Assembly (NCBI GenBank): GCA_964455525.1
Contig: CAYVWR010000006.1
Location: 192,212-256,211 of the forward strand
Source: an uncultured Alphaproteobacteria bacterium
Lineage (GTDB): Bacteria; Bacteroidota; Ignavibacteria; OLB7
Length of the DNA: 64,000 nt
Reading direction: 5' to 3'
Each line of letters starts with the position of its first letter. Position 1 is the stretch's first letter. Shown here piece after piece: positions 54,433 through 63,997 of the stretch. Position numbers and translations under genes: made by a program. The notes beneath the pieces are model-generated. The model saw only the letters and a list, made by a program, of their open reading frames with translations. It was not told the origin of the DNA and did not search any database.

Positions 54433-54954
54433 TTAAGATCTCCCCTTAGAACGTGTCTTTGCACTCTTCTTTTGTCCTGATGTCTGTGGTTTTTCCGATG
54501 CCTGTTGTATTGGTTTTGTTCCATGCATAAACAGTGTGGCTGGATCGGCAGGCGGGAGAATTAATCCTCGATACATCGTACCTGCCAAGCGCTCAAAGAG
54601 CATCCCACGCATTGTAGAATATGTAATACCAAGCAGCTCAATGACAAACACATTGGGCAATTGCAGTATATCATTCTTCCGAACTACAGGATCAAATGTC
54701 GAGACTTCAAAGGTGCATCGAGCCATCATCTGGAAGATCGGCTTAAGGGGATCTGTATTAAGAGCAGCAATTACTCTGCCTTCGATTGCAACTAAGCGAT
54801 CTATTTCGTTAATACGGAGACTCCAGCCAAATTGCATTGTGACATCTTCAGGATCAGGCTCTGCAATACTACTTTCAGTATGTAAGTAATTAGGGATATT
54901 AATAGAGTAGATTCTATACTGAATGGTTTGCACTTCAGTCTCAGACTTAGCCAT
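54433..54954 (-). CDS. hypothetical protein, third gene of the HigB/HigA-like cassette
   Basis: 173 aa. Start ATG overlaps the upstream stop (TAATGG). Lower GC than the surroundings. Basic/Ser-Lys-rich C-tail. No recognisable motif. Confidence 0.5.
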   Translation of the reverse strand: MAKSETEVQTIQYRIYSINIPNYLHTESSIAEPDPEDVTMQFGWSLRINEIDRLVAIEGRVIAALNTDPLKPIFQMMARCTFEVSTFDPVVRKNDILQLPNVFVIELLGITYSTMRGMLFERLAGTMYRGLILPPADPATLFMHGTKPIQQASEKPQTSGQKKSAKTRSKGRS

Positions 54955-55385
54955 TAGACTCGCACCTGCTTTCTTGTAGTTGATTTCGCATAGGAAGCGA
55001 CAACATTAAGTATAACGAACTGTAGGGTCTGCATCCCCTGAGAAGCTAAATACGTCTCTTCTGGTGAGGAAGACACAATTGGCACTGAGGCTGATTGTGG
55101 CACTATAACAGGAGTTTGTGAGCGAAACATAGGGGATTCAATCAGATTTTTCCCCGTTGCTAGCTCAAGACGTACAACAGTTTTTAGTGTCAGATTTTCG
55201 TCACCGGAAAGAATTTTACTAATCCTAGACTCAGTCATCCCAGTGATATTTGCTAGTTGTCTCTGAGTCATGCTCAAGGCAGACAGAACACTTGCTAAGT
55301 GAACGGCAATATCCCCTTGCAAGTCAATTAAACGCCCTGTAAGTAGATCAACCTTAGATGCTATTTCACGGATGATCGATTTCAC
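54954..55385 (-). CDS. XRE-family HTH protein (HigA-like antitoxin candidate)
   Basis: HTH MTQRQLANITGMTESRISKILSGDENLTLKTVVRLELATG. Probable GTG start at 55383-55385 overlapping the upstream stop. Extended C-terminal tail. Confidence 0.55.
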   Translation of the reverse strand: MKSIIREIASKVDLLTGRLIDLQGDIAVHLASVLSALSMTQRQLANITGMTESRISKILSGDENLTLKTVVRLELATGKNLIESPMFRSQTPVIVPQSASVPIVSSSPEETYLASQGMQTLQFVILNVVASYAKSTTRKQVRV

Positions 55386-55867
55386 AAGTCCTCCTCTAGT
55401 GGAAAATAGAGATTTCCTATAAGTTCCCCACAATTGCCAAACCAGACCTCATGATCCCTTATTCTTGCTTGTAGACACCGGTCCACATACATCATAGCTT
55501 TCATATGGTCATCCAGAATTTTGTCTTCTTTATTGGCTCGGACTTTCTTGATTGCACCTCCACCAAGAATCAATAAACTCTCCCCCCATCGACAACAATA
55601 CACTCTCAGCCTTCCACTCTGTTTACTGAGAGCCGCAACTGAATCTGAGGAACGCCCTTCAGGCCTAAAGAAGTTCGCCGTGAACCCCCACCTATCTAGC
55701 ATCCCATTCATTTGACGAATAAGGTGCTCAAACTTAGGCTCGCGCTGGATCTCAGGATTTTCAACAAACTTCTGGAACTCGCTCTTAGACTCCCCGTCTA
55801 TTCGTACACTGTAGAGGTTGCCCTTTGGGCCTTGATCCTCAAGCTCGATAAAGAATCCAAATTTCAC
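55382..55867 (-). CDS. Gp49/HigB-like toxin-family protein (COG4679-like) with N-terminal extension
   Basis: C-terminal half RLRVYCCRWGESLLILGGGAIKKVRANKEDKILDDHMKAMMY fits the Gp49-like/HigB consensus (R.lY.f.....i.LLhgF.KK.qktP..EI..A). First gene of a 3-gene minus-strand operon. Low GC. Confidence 0.5.
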   Translation of the reverse strand: MKFGFFIELEDQGPKGNLYSVRIDGESKSEFQKFVENPEIQREPKFEHLIRQMNGMLDRWGFTANFFRPEGRSSDSVAALSKQSGRLRVYCCRWGESLLILGGGAIKKVRANKEDKILDDHMKAMMYVDRCLQARIRDHEVWFGNCGELIGNLYFPLEEDL

Positions 55868-56106
55868 TTTTAAGATAAGTTATTGATTTAAAGTATCCAA
55901 GGAATATCAGTGAGGTAGGCTGATCTCGGGTATGATAGTATACTAGCGCTTAAGATAGAACACTGTAAGGAAACGGCCTCTACCTTAGTAGAGCCACATT
56001 GAAGGTAAATAGTGGGGGTATGTCAAGGAACATTAGGATCTCCTAGTGAGTTTATGAATGGCCCCGCCTGTCACCAGCGGGGGCCACCATAACATCGAAT
56101 TAGCGG

Positions 56107-56316
56107 CTAGTTAGGGGAAACACCTAACAGGCCATCTCCCGATCTTACGCTAAAGAAGTACGCCCTCATCGGCAGGAAGAAGTGAGCATGCCCAGCCAGA
56201 ACCGCAACAGGCTTACCGTCACGCATGATGATGCATGGATCTTCCGACATGCCCACACGCTCTACAAGATCGGGAAGTGTCTCTTGTGCCTCGCTAAGAT
56301 CAAATCCTCCTGATTG
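56107..56316 (-). pseudogene. Phd/YefM-family antitoxin remnant (no start codon, diverged C-terminus)
   Basis: Minus-strand frame between TGA (56302-56304) and TAG (56107-56109) reads WISEQSGGFDLSEAQETLPDLVERVGMSEDPCIIMRDGKPVAVLAGHAHFFLPM.... The segment SEAQETL.DLVERV...EDPCIIMRDGKPVAVL matches the Phd/YefM N-terminal core (SEAR.NLS.L.D.V..GEPV.ITR.GKPVAVL). No ATG/GTG/TTG lies upstream of the homology, and the region after AVL is non-homologous. Confidence 0.35.
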
Positions 56317-56687
56317 CTCCGATATCCATCATAGTAGCGCCTCCCGAACCCGTCCAAGGCGTTGGCAATACGCTCCAGTTGAAGAGCGATGTAGTCCGCC
56401 ACATGCAGCCGCGAACCGTAGTCAACACCGTGGTTGGCGGTAACTCGCTCCAAGGTGTCATGCAGACAGCCCACAAAGCCCTGAAGCCGGTCTAGTGCGT
56501 CGATACAGTTGCCAAGAAGTTCGTTGGAGAATAGCTCTCTCTGCGGTAGCCTGTCGGCATCTCTGCCAGATAAGCACTCTGTCATGGTTTCGCAAGGTTG
56601 AACAGATAGCCCGGACTGTTCATACCTTGCGAGCGCCGCCGTCGTTACCGATGGGCGCATCCAGACTAATGTCAGAGAATGACGCAA
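56262..56687 (-). CDS. hypothetical protein
   Basis: 141-aa ORF. No motif recognised. Its 3' end overlaps the Phd/YefM-like remnant in another frame. It may itself be a degraded or fused remnant. Confidence 0.3.
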   Translation of the reverse strand: MRHSLTLVWMRPSVTTAALARYEQSGLSVQPCETMTECLSGRDADRLPQRELFSNELLGNCIDALDRLQGFVGCLHDTLERVTANHGVDYGSRLHVADYIALQLERIANALDGFGRRYYDGYRSNQEDLILARHKRHFPIL

Positions 56688-56820
56688 GGCATGAACAACG
56701 AAAAGATATCCGAAACGTACAGCCGTGCATCTATCAAAACCTTGGAATTGCCGGGGTTACCGGCCGATTCGTACCTTGCGGAAGGTAGCGAACTCTGGGT
56801 TCCCCAAATAAGTAGCCGCG

Positions 56821-57378
56821 TTACTTTTTATGCTGCCAGCAATACCCGGAGCTATCGGCCGTACCACGAGAGCACTGGCGCCCGGTTTTGGTCACAGCCT
56901 GGCATTGTGCTCCCTTTCCCTTCTTCGCACGCTCCTTGGTTCCCCTGGAAGATACGGCCACAAGAGAATCGGGCATGGGGAGATCACCATCTCCGCCGCT
57001 CGCACTCCTTTGCAATGGCAATGCCGCTTTTTCCCCCTGCGATCTCTGGTTTTGTTTTGCCCGTGCCTTCCTGGCTCTCTTTTCTCCTCCCGCCGGCCGA
57101 TCCGGCTGCACATTCGACCAGTAGAGATACCCCTCCCGTTCTCCGAACCTGATACGATAATACCGCCCGCTTGCCGCCAGAGCCTGGATGCTATCGCCGA
57201 GCCGGAGTTCACCGACGATTGCCGACATATGATCGGCGGAATCATAGACCGGAGCGCCATCATAGATCACATACAGGATCTTCGGATAGGAGGCCGATGA
57301 TTGGGAATAAAGGCCGGGGTGGCACAAGGCGGCCCACAGAGCGCCAATGATGGCAACAAGGAGCAGATGGTGTTTCAT
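56821..57378 (-). CDS. secreted protein: SH3-like domain, basic linker, C-terminal Cys3-His zinc-ribbon-like tail
   Basis: Signal peptide MKHHLLLVAIIGALWAALCHPGLYSQ. SH3b-like segment (GDSIQALAASGRYYRIRFGEREGYLYWSNV). K/R-rich linker. C-terminal CQAVTKTGRQCSRGTADSSGYCWQHKK. Confidence 0.55.
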   Translation of the reverse strand: MKHHLLLVAIIGALWAALCHPGLYSQSSASYPKILYVIYDGAPVYDSADHMSAIVGELRLGDSIQALAASGRYYRIRFGEREGYLYWSNVQPDRPAGGEKRARKARAKQNQRSQGEKAALPLQRSASGGDGDLPMPDSLVAVSSRGTKERAKKGKGAQCQAVTKTGRQCSRGTADSSGYCWQHKK

Positions 57379-57482
57379 GATAGTATGTGGAGATCGGTGC
57401 ACATCACGAGTCCAGAAACTGCGAGGAATATAGTGCTGGCAGTTCCACGCGTCAACCCATGATATCCCCCCTGTTCTCCAGG

Positions 57483-58337
57483 TTACTTCGCTGCCCCGGC
57501 AGCCTGCCGCCTCTCCTGTACCCCCTTTACCACACCCCGCATCGTCACAGCCGCCACCACGATCGCTCCGCCGATAACAGCCAGCGGCGCTGGATATTCA
57601 TCATAGAAGAGAGCCACCCAGAGTGGGTTCAGCAATGGCTCGATGACCGGAATCAAGGTGCCCTCTACTGCGGAGATAGACCGTACCCCCCGAACGAAGA
57701 GGATATAACCGAGGCCAAGCTGAAGCACCCCAAGCGGGAGAAGGAGCAGAAGATCGTTGCCGCCGGGCAATCTCTCGAAAAGGAAGGGAAGCCCGATAGC
57801 GGCAGTGATAAGATTGCCGAGCAGAACGATGGACAGAGGCGAGCCGTCACGTTCGCGACGCAGCAGTACCACACAGAGCGCAAAAAATATTCCGCTGATC
57901 ACTGCAAAGCCATCACCCAGCGCCCCGCCACTCCCCAGAAGATTGAGAAGAAAGAGCGCCATACCGATCAGAACGACAACGATCGAGGCCCAGTCGATTC
58001 CAGTAATACGTTCCCCCAGCATCCGATAGCTCATCAGCGCAGCGTAGACCGGCGCGGTATACTGCAACAGGATGGCGTTGGCGGCCGTGGTCATCTTTGT
58101 GGCAAGAACAAAGAAGGTGACGGTCCCGGCATACGAGAGTGCCCCCATGAACTGCCCTCTGGTATAACGGCCGGTGCGGGGACGTGTCAGCGCCCAGATA
58201 GTCACGGCCGCAATCAAGCTTCTCCCACCAGCGGTAGCCATAGGATGCAGATCGATCAGCTTGATAAGCAGACCACCAAAGCTCCAGAGCACCGCAGCAG
58301 CGATAACGTAGACGATTCCCGTCGCTCGTTCAGACAT
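57483..58337 (-). CDS. EamA/DMT-family transporter
   Basis: 10-TM pattern. VLWSFGGLLIK and AVYAALMSYRMLGERIT are EamA-domain signatures. 284 aa. Confidence 0.75.
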   Translation of the reverse strand: MSERATGIVYVIAAAVLWSFGGLLIKLIDLHPMATAGGRSLIAAVTIWALTRPRTGRYTRGQFMGALSYAGTVTFFVLATKMTTAANAILLQYTAPVYAALMSYRMLGERITGIDWASIVVVLIGMALFLLNLLGSGGALGDGFAVISGIFFALCVVLLRRERDGSPLSIVLLGNLITAAIGLPFLFERLPGGNDLLLLLPLGVLQLGLGYILFVRGVRSISAVEGTLIPVIEPLLNPLWVALFYDEYPAPLAVIGGAIVVAAVTMRGVVKGVQERRQAAGAAK

Positions 58338-58392
58338 CGGGCTTATGGAAGTTCACTGGTAATCCGCATCGGGTTGCCTTGCGGGCGCTCTA

Positions 58393-59076
58393 TCACCCCT
58401 GATCCTCGATCGGCCGGATGCACTCGGGAGTATCGTTCCGGGGATTATTCACCAGAACGCCCACCTCGAACGCCGCCATCTCTTTGGATGGATACGGCTC
58501 AAGCAACTTGAAAAGCTCGGCAGAACGGGCCTTGGGGTCAAGCCAGGCCGATAGATCGTCGGTGCGGAGGATCGCGGGCATCCTATCGTGGATATCGCGC
58601 ATATATGTGTTGGCGGGCACTGTAATGATGGCGCAGGTAGCCCGTTCGGAACCATCGGCGGTACGCGGCATACTCCAAAGCCCCGCCATGGCAAAGATGC
58701 CCCCATCCTTCAACCCTATCCTGTAGGGACGTTTCCCTTTCCCTCCGCTCTCCTTCTTCCATTCATAGAAGCCATCGGCCAGCAGGATGCACCGAGCGCT
58801 TCGGAACGCCCCCTTGAAATAGGGCTTTTCCTCGACAAGCGATTCCACCCGCGCGTTGATCACCGAACGCATCTCCGCATCGGGGCGTGCCCACGACGGG
58901 ACAAAGCCCCATTCAAGCACCTCAAGCCGAGGAGTGGGATCGGCAACAACTGCTACAACCGGCTGGCTTGGCGCGATATTATATCGTCTGGCATGCGCCA
59001 ATTCCTCCGGCACATCGAGATCAAAAAGCGTGAGGAACTCCCCGATGTCCGTCGCAAGCGTATAACGTCCGCACAT
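58393..59076 (-). CDS. yedK: SOS-response-associated peptidase (SRAP/YedK, abasic-site processing)
   Basis: N-terminal MCGRY (catalytic Cys2). YNIAPSQ. ADGFYEW...E motifs of DUF159/SRAP. Start at 59074-59076. Confidence 0.8.
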   Translation of the reverse strand: MCGRYTLATDIGEFLTLFDLDVPEELAHARRYNIAPSQPVVAVVADPTPRLEVLEWGFVPSWARPDAEMRSVINARVESLVEEKPYFKGAFRSARCILLADGFYEWKKESGGKGKRPYRIGLKDGGIFAMAGLWSMPRTADGSERATCAIITVPANTYMRDIHDRMPAILRTDDLSAWLDPKARSAELFKLLEPYPSKEMAAFEVGVLVNNPRNDTPECIRPIEDQG

Positions 59077-59284
59077 GATAAATTCTCCCATCTGATGATA
59101 CAACAACGGTTGCAAAGATAACCGGGGGAAACGTCCCATGGTTACTGGCGCACATCCTCACCGTACATGCCATCGCCCGACGCGGTTGCAGCATATGGCC
59201 CGCCACACGCTCCCATATCTCCGAAATAATAACGCCCCCCCAGCCCATGAACTGGAAGGGCGCCTTATGCACGTGCGATTCGGA

Positions 59285-62200
59285 TCAGTGGGTTAGCACC
59301 ATCGTTCCTCGCACGGCACTGCCTTTTGAACGAAGCTCGTAGAGATACGTGCCGGAGGAAAGCCCCTCGGCGGCGAGCATAATACTATGGCGACCCGGCT
59401 CGCGTGAGCCGAGATCAAGGCTCCTGAGAAGAGCACCATCCTGACGATAGATACGAAGCTCCACCGTGCTCGAACTCTGCTGCTCCCAGCGGAGTTCGGT
59501 GCTCCCTGCAAAGGGGTTCGGGTAGTTGCCCAGCAGGCGAAGGCCATGCAATCCCGCAACAGCGCCGCCGCCACCGGCCACGCTGCTACGAATGGTGAAG
59601 ACAGCATCGGAGACATCGCTCTGCGATGCGTCGGCGGCATTGCTGAGACGCACCAGAGCAACATCGGTCGCCTGGGGGAGCGTCGGCAGGGTCCACTGGT
59701 AGGACATGCTCCCGGCCGCCGAAGGTACACCGGTCTGGATATCCGTCCAGGTGGTACCACCATCGGCAGAGAAGGCGATATCAACCGCCGTGATCTCATC
59801 CGGTCCGTCCCAGGTGATATTCCGCTGCTCTCCCGACGTCCAGATCTCCCCACCGTTCGGGGCAAGCACCTGAAGCACCTTGACGATCGGACGAGAGATC
59901 GTAAAGATCTCCGACATACCAATTATCGAAGCGCCGGACACCCTGATCGCCGCGTTGGTGGTCGGCTCATCCGGCACAACCCAATCGTGCGAGTACGTGC
60001 CATCCGCGATAGCGTTCACCGTGGTGATCTCCGCCCAGTTCATGCCACCATCAACCGAATATTCCACGATCATAGGGCCGGTGATATCGGCAATGCTCCA
60101 CTCCACCCGTTCGGTGCTTCCCACCTTCAGGTCGGCATCACGGGTCGGCGTGACGATGGTGATCGTCGGCTGCGGACGGCGGCGGATCTCGAAGGCGGCA
60201 TCGGAACGATCGACAAGCGTGCCGGAAGCCGCAGCAACCTCCACCAGATATCTGGTGCCCGGCGCCGGAGCCGTCCAGTCGATAAAGCCAAGGCTGGCCG
60301 CCACATTCTGCTGAATGATGGTCCAGCTTGCGCCGTTATCATCTGAATAGGAAATCGTCACCTGTGCGACATCCGACACATACCAACGAACGCGGATATC
60401 ATCCCCTTCGGTAAAGCTCTCGCCGCCGTTCGGAGCAAGCACACGCAATTCCGGCGCGGCCGGCTCAACAACCGAGAACAGCCCGGTCTCACCCACGATG
60501 CCTTCCGCACCTACCTCCACGATACGGATCTTCCCCTGGGTCGTCGTCTGGTTCGGCACAGTCCACACATAGCTTCCCTCCCATGCATTCATGCTTGACA
60601 CCAACGTCTGCCAGGCAGCTCCATCATTGGGGCGATACTGCACCGTCACACGATCCACCTGAGGGGCATCCCAACTGACGACCGTGGTCGATCCACGCAC
60701 AAAACGATCGCCCGTAGCCGGTGTATAAACAACGATCGACTTCGGCTGAAGGATCTCGAACGTACGATCGGACTGATCGGCGATCTGCTCGCGATCGGCG
60801 TTGACAAGCCGCACCAACGCTGCGCGCGTCGGGGTGGGGGGGAGCGTAACAGTGATACTGCCAAGCGTGGCATCGACCATATCGAGGATGGTCTGCCAGG
60901 TGAAGCCATTATCGCTGGAGAACTGAAGGCGCAGATGCTCTGCCTCCTGCGATGCCCATGTTACCGTGATCGGCTCGGCAAGAGGATACTTCTCGCCGCC
61001 ATTCGGCGAAAGCACCTGAACCACCGAGCGGACAATCGCCAGGGTTGCATCGGAAGTATCGGCAAAACGGGAACGCTCTACGTTGGACACACGCACCAGA
61101 ACGTTGTTCGAGGGAGAGTTCGGTATCGTCCAGGCATATTCTCCCAGAAACGCCGGGATATCGACCCCTGCTGGAACCACATTGCTCCAGGTGGCGCCGC
61201 CATTGATCGAATATTCCAGCCGCACATAGTCCGTGGTAACGGCAGTCCAGCGGATGGTCTGCTGCTCGCCGACAAACAGCTTGCCGCTGTTCGGCCAGAC
61301 AAGCGTGATATTCGGCTGCGGTTGAATCGTGAAGACCGCATCGGAGAGATCCTCCGAGTCGATCCCCACAAGCTTCACACGAACCTGCACCGAGGTGCTC
61401 GGCGTGTTTGGAATCTCCCAACTATAGCTATTGGAGCCTGGGGCATTGACCGTGGCAAGATCGGTGGCAATCGGCAGCCAGTTTGCGCCATTGTCGGTCG
61501 TGTAATCAAGCTGCACCTTGAAGCCTTCTGGAATGGAATTGGAGTTCCAGGTGATATCGAACATATCGGTCGGCACCAGCGTCTCGCCACCGTTCGGGGA
61601 GAGCAGGGTGAACTCGGGAACGAATATCTCGAACGTGGCATCGGAGAGATCACCCTCGGCCTCGGTCAGCATGCTGACAACCTGCACAAGCGCTGTCGTT
61701 GTATTGAGAGCAGGGGGGGTCAGGAGAACGGTGTTTTCCCCCTCGACCGTTGCAAGCGTTGCAACGGTGGTCCAACTGCTACCATTATCAACCGACAGCC
61801 TGAGAAGAACGTCCATCTCGCGTGTTGCAGTGAATCGCACCGGAATGTATGCTGTGGAAGAGAACTTCTCGCCGCCATTTGGTTCAAGCAGAATCAGCCC
61901 ATCGCCATTGAAATTCCCTTCATCGGCACCGATATCGGGACGCACAGGAGAGAGGAGGTCGCCATCGATATCCACCAGGTAGCCAAGCGGTGTACCGGCG
62001 GATTCCCCCTTGAACGGCACGATAGCGTCGATATGAAGATCGCCATCGGCAACGCCTGGGAAGGCGGGCGCGCTGAAGATGCTGCTCAGATCGTTGCCGG
62101 TTGCTTCCTGCCATTCCTCCAGGGATATACGAAGCCCGCCCCCATATGCACCTACTGCTGTGCCCGGTCCTTCGGCATAATAAAGGTTGTGGTCGCTGGT

Positions 62201-63388
62201 AAAGGAAGCAGGTGAGATGTCGCGGAACAGCAGCAGGTTACGCTCACTTTCGGAGGTCCTGGTATTGCTGAGGATGTTGTTGCGCAGCATCACGTTGGCA
62301 AGCGGCACAGAGATAGCATGCGATGCCGAGAGGTCATCGCTGGAGCCGGTGATGAAGATGGAGTTATGATCGACGAAGTAGACGGAGTTCTCGCTGGATT
62401 CCAGCGAGATGCCGGTAAGAGTTCCCGCATCGGCTACAAGCGTAATCATATTGTGATGGATTACCATCGGCGTGATACCGAGCGCATTCACGCGGATACC
62501 GTAGAGTTCGGCCTCCGCATTCAGCGGATTCAGGTCCCAGATCCGGTTATAGGCGATCGTATCGTTGCGGTTGCCGCTGTAATTGTAGTAGATACCCACA
62601 ACCACATCCACCGGCGCGGTGCCAGCAGTGCTGGTCTGCCGGATATGATTGCCAAAAACCTTTACAAAGCGATTGTTCGGAGCGATGTAGATGCCATAGC
62701 TGGCATTGTTTCCACGGCCGAAGTTGATGATATCATTTCCCTCGATCCTGTTGGAACTATTCCGATAGGTACCATGCCCACGCGCATAGATCGCGGTGCG
62801 TGAACGTAGGGTTCCGGTGGAATCTCCGATCGTATTCCTGGCGATAACGTTGAAGGAGTTCCCCTCATTTTCCGCTACGTTACCGATATGGACAATGCCG
62901 ACGGATGCGGCCGTTGCCCTTCCCACCAGATACATATTCTGAATCGTGTTGTAGGTGGCATCACCCACAAACTGAAGCACCGGGGCATTGCCCGTATTAA
63001 CGATCTTCCAATTGCGCGAGCTTCCACCTTCGCTATTCGATCCATCGAAGATGTAGAAATCGCCGCCGTTGAAGGTGAAGATCGGCGTTGCAAGATCCCC
63101 TTCGATCACCACTGCGGCATTCTCCGCAGGCTTGAAGGTGATGGTAGTGTTCTGGTCGGCACCAGCAACGCTTATAAGCTCGTAGCCCCCTTCAGGAGCT
63201 GTATAGGTGCCCTCATTGATGAGGAATGTGACCGGGCCGGTGACCCCGTCGCCAAGAGCAGCAACTGCTGCCTCGATTGTCTGGTAATCGGCCTCGGCGC
63301 CACCTATGGTATAAGTACCATTAAGCTCTGCGCGGGCGGTGGTACAACAAAATGCCATGATGAGCAGCGCTGCAAGCAGCCTGCTCAT
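59285..63388 (-). CDS. giant T9SS-secreted protein: N-terminal right-handed beta-helix domain plus at least 9 tandem ~75-aa Ig-like repeats
   Basis: Signal peptide MSRLLAALLIMAFCCTTARA. Parallel beta-helix-type N/G/I-rich turns (NNILSNT, GNDIINFGRGNNASYGIYIA). Repeats of type L.PNGGE....G....I.W........V.I.YS.D.G..W..I.......G.Y.W..P.......IR. C-terminal T9SS CTD (LLGNYPNPFAGSTELRWEQ...SGTYLYELRSKGSAVRGTMVLTH). Confidence 0.8.
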   Translation of the reverse strand: MSRLLAALLIMAFCCTTARAELNGTYTIGGAEADYQTIEAAVAALGDGVTGPVTFLINEGTYTAPEGGYELISVAGADQNTTITFKPAENAAVVIEGDLATPIFTFNGGDFYIFDGSNSEGGSSRNWKIVNTGNAPVLQFVGDATYNTIQNMYLVGRATAASVGIVHIGNVAENEGNSFNVIARNTIGDSTGTLRSRTAIYARGHGTYRNSSNRIEGNDIINFGRGNNASYGIYIAPNNRFVKVFGNHIRQTSTAGTAPVDVVVGIYYNYSGNRNDTIAYNRIWDLNPLNAEAELYGIRVNALGITPMVIHHNMITLVADAGTLTGISLESSENSVYFVDHNSIFITGSSDDLSASHAISVPLANVMLRNNILSNTRTSESERNLLLFRDISPASFTSDHNLYYAEGPGTAVGAYGGGLRISLEEWQEATGNDLSSIFSAPAFPGVADGDLHIDAIVPFKGESAGTPLGYLVDIDGDLLSPVRPDIGADEGNFNGDGLILLEPNGGEKFSSTAYIPVRFTATREMDVLLRLSVDNGSSWTTVATLATVEGENTVLLTPPALNTTTALVQVVSMLTEAEGDLSDATFEIFVPEFTLLSPNGGETLVPTDMFDITWNSNSIPEGFKVQLDYTTDNGANWLPIATDLATVNAPGSNSYSWEIPNTPSTSVQVRVKLVGIDSEDLSDAVFTIQPQPNITLVWPNSGKLFVGEQQTIRWTAVTTDYVRLEYSINGGATWSNVVPAGVDIPAFLGEYAWTIPNSPSNNVLVRVSNVERSRFADTSDATLAIVRSVVQVLSPNGGEKYPLAEPITVTWASQEAEHLRLQFSSDNGFTWQTILDMVDATLGSITVTLPPTPTRAALVRLVNADREQIADQSDRTFEILQPKSIVVYTPATGDRFVRGSTTVVSWDAPQVDRVTVQYRPNDGAAWQTLVSSMNAWEGSYVWTVPNQTTTQGKIRIVEVGAEGIVGETGLFSVVEPAAPELRVLAPNGGESFTEGDDIRVRWYVSDVAQVTISYSDDNGASWTIIQQNVAASLGFIDWTAPAPGTRYLVEVAAASGTLVDRSDAAFEIRRRPQPTITIVTPTRDADLKVGSTERVEWSIADITGPMIVEYSVDGGMNWAEITTVNAIADGTYSHDWVVPDEPTTNAAIRVSGASIIGMSEIFTISRPIVKVLQVLAPNGGEIWTSGEQRNITWDGPDEITAVDIAFSADGGTTWTDIQTGVPSAAGSMSYQWTLPTLPQATDVALVRLSNAADASQSDVSDAVFTIRSSVAGGGGAVAGLHGLRLLGNYPNPFAGSTELRWEQQSSSTVELRIYRQDGALLRSLDLGSREPGRHSIMLAAEGLSSGTYLYELRSKGSAVRGTMVLTH

Positions 63389-63973
63389 TCGCCCATTTCC
63401 CCATATGCGTATATGGGGTATACATGGAGCTTTTTGCATGGATGTTACCTCTTGGGATGATTGAGATTAGGAACAACCGTGCCGCCACAAGCCCCCGAAT
63501 TATTGTTCGGACTGTATGCTCTCTCTTCTAGATTTTTTGATGATACGGAATAGGATACTCTACCGCATGTACCAACTACCAGCGGAGACTATCATGACTG
63601 AAAACGAGAGCGCAGACCATCGGGGTGTATGATATGCGTATCGGTATCGTTCAATACAGTAACTCTTTAGCAGGTGAAAAGGTCACCAACGCAAGAGAGT
63701 TTTATGAGTTGTCGAAAAAATATATTCGTGTAAGAACAGGAGGGGAAGATAGGCGCTACGAAAGCTTTGTAGCAACAACCGAGGATTTGGGTTGCAGCGT
63801 ATCATGCGGCCTGTTATGAGGAGGGGACATCACCCGTATCACAGACCATGCCCGCCGGAACCATCCTCACGGTCGGAACACGCCAAGTGAAACGCAATGG
63901 TAGATCACGGAGGGGGGGGGAAGATAAGGATGTCCGAAAGGCACAGGAAAGTGCAGGGAGGTGGGAATAATAC

Positions 63974-63997
63974 GGGGCGCCTTTATTCAGGCGCCCC
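63974..63997. other. GC hairpin GGGGCGCC-TTTATTCA-GGCGCCCC at the window end
   Basis: Perfect 8-bp inverted repeat with an 8-nt loop. Context beyond the window is unknown. Confidence 0.4.

Noticed and set aside
56225-56443. 72-aa plus-strand ORF opposite the 56262..56687 gene
   Set aside because: Ser/Arg-rich shadow-ORF composition and no homology features.
63625-63819. 64-aa ORF in the AT-richer region upstream of the giant beta-helix gene
   Set aside because: No motif, and an odd context inside a probable promoter region. Could be a small protein, but the evidence is insufficient.
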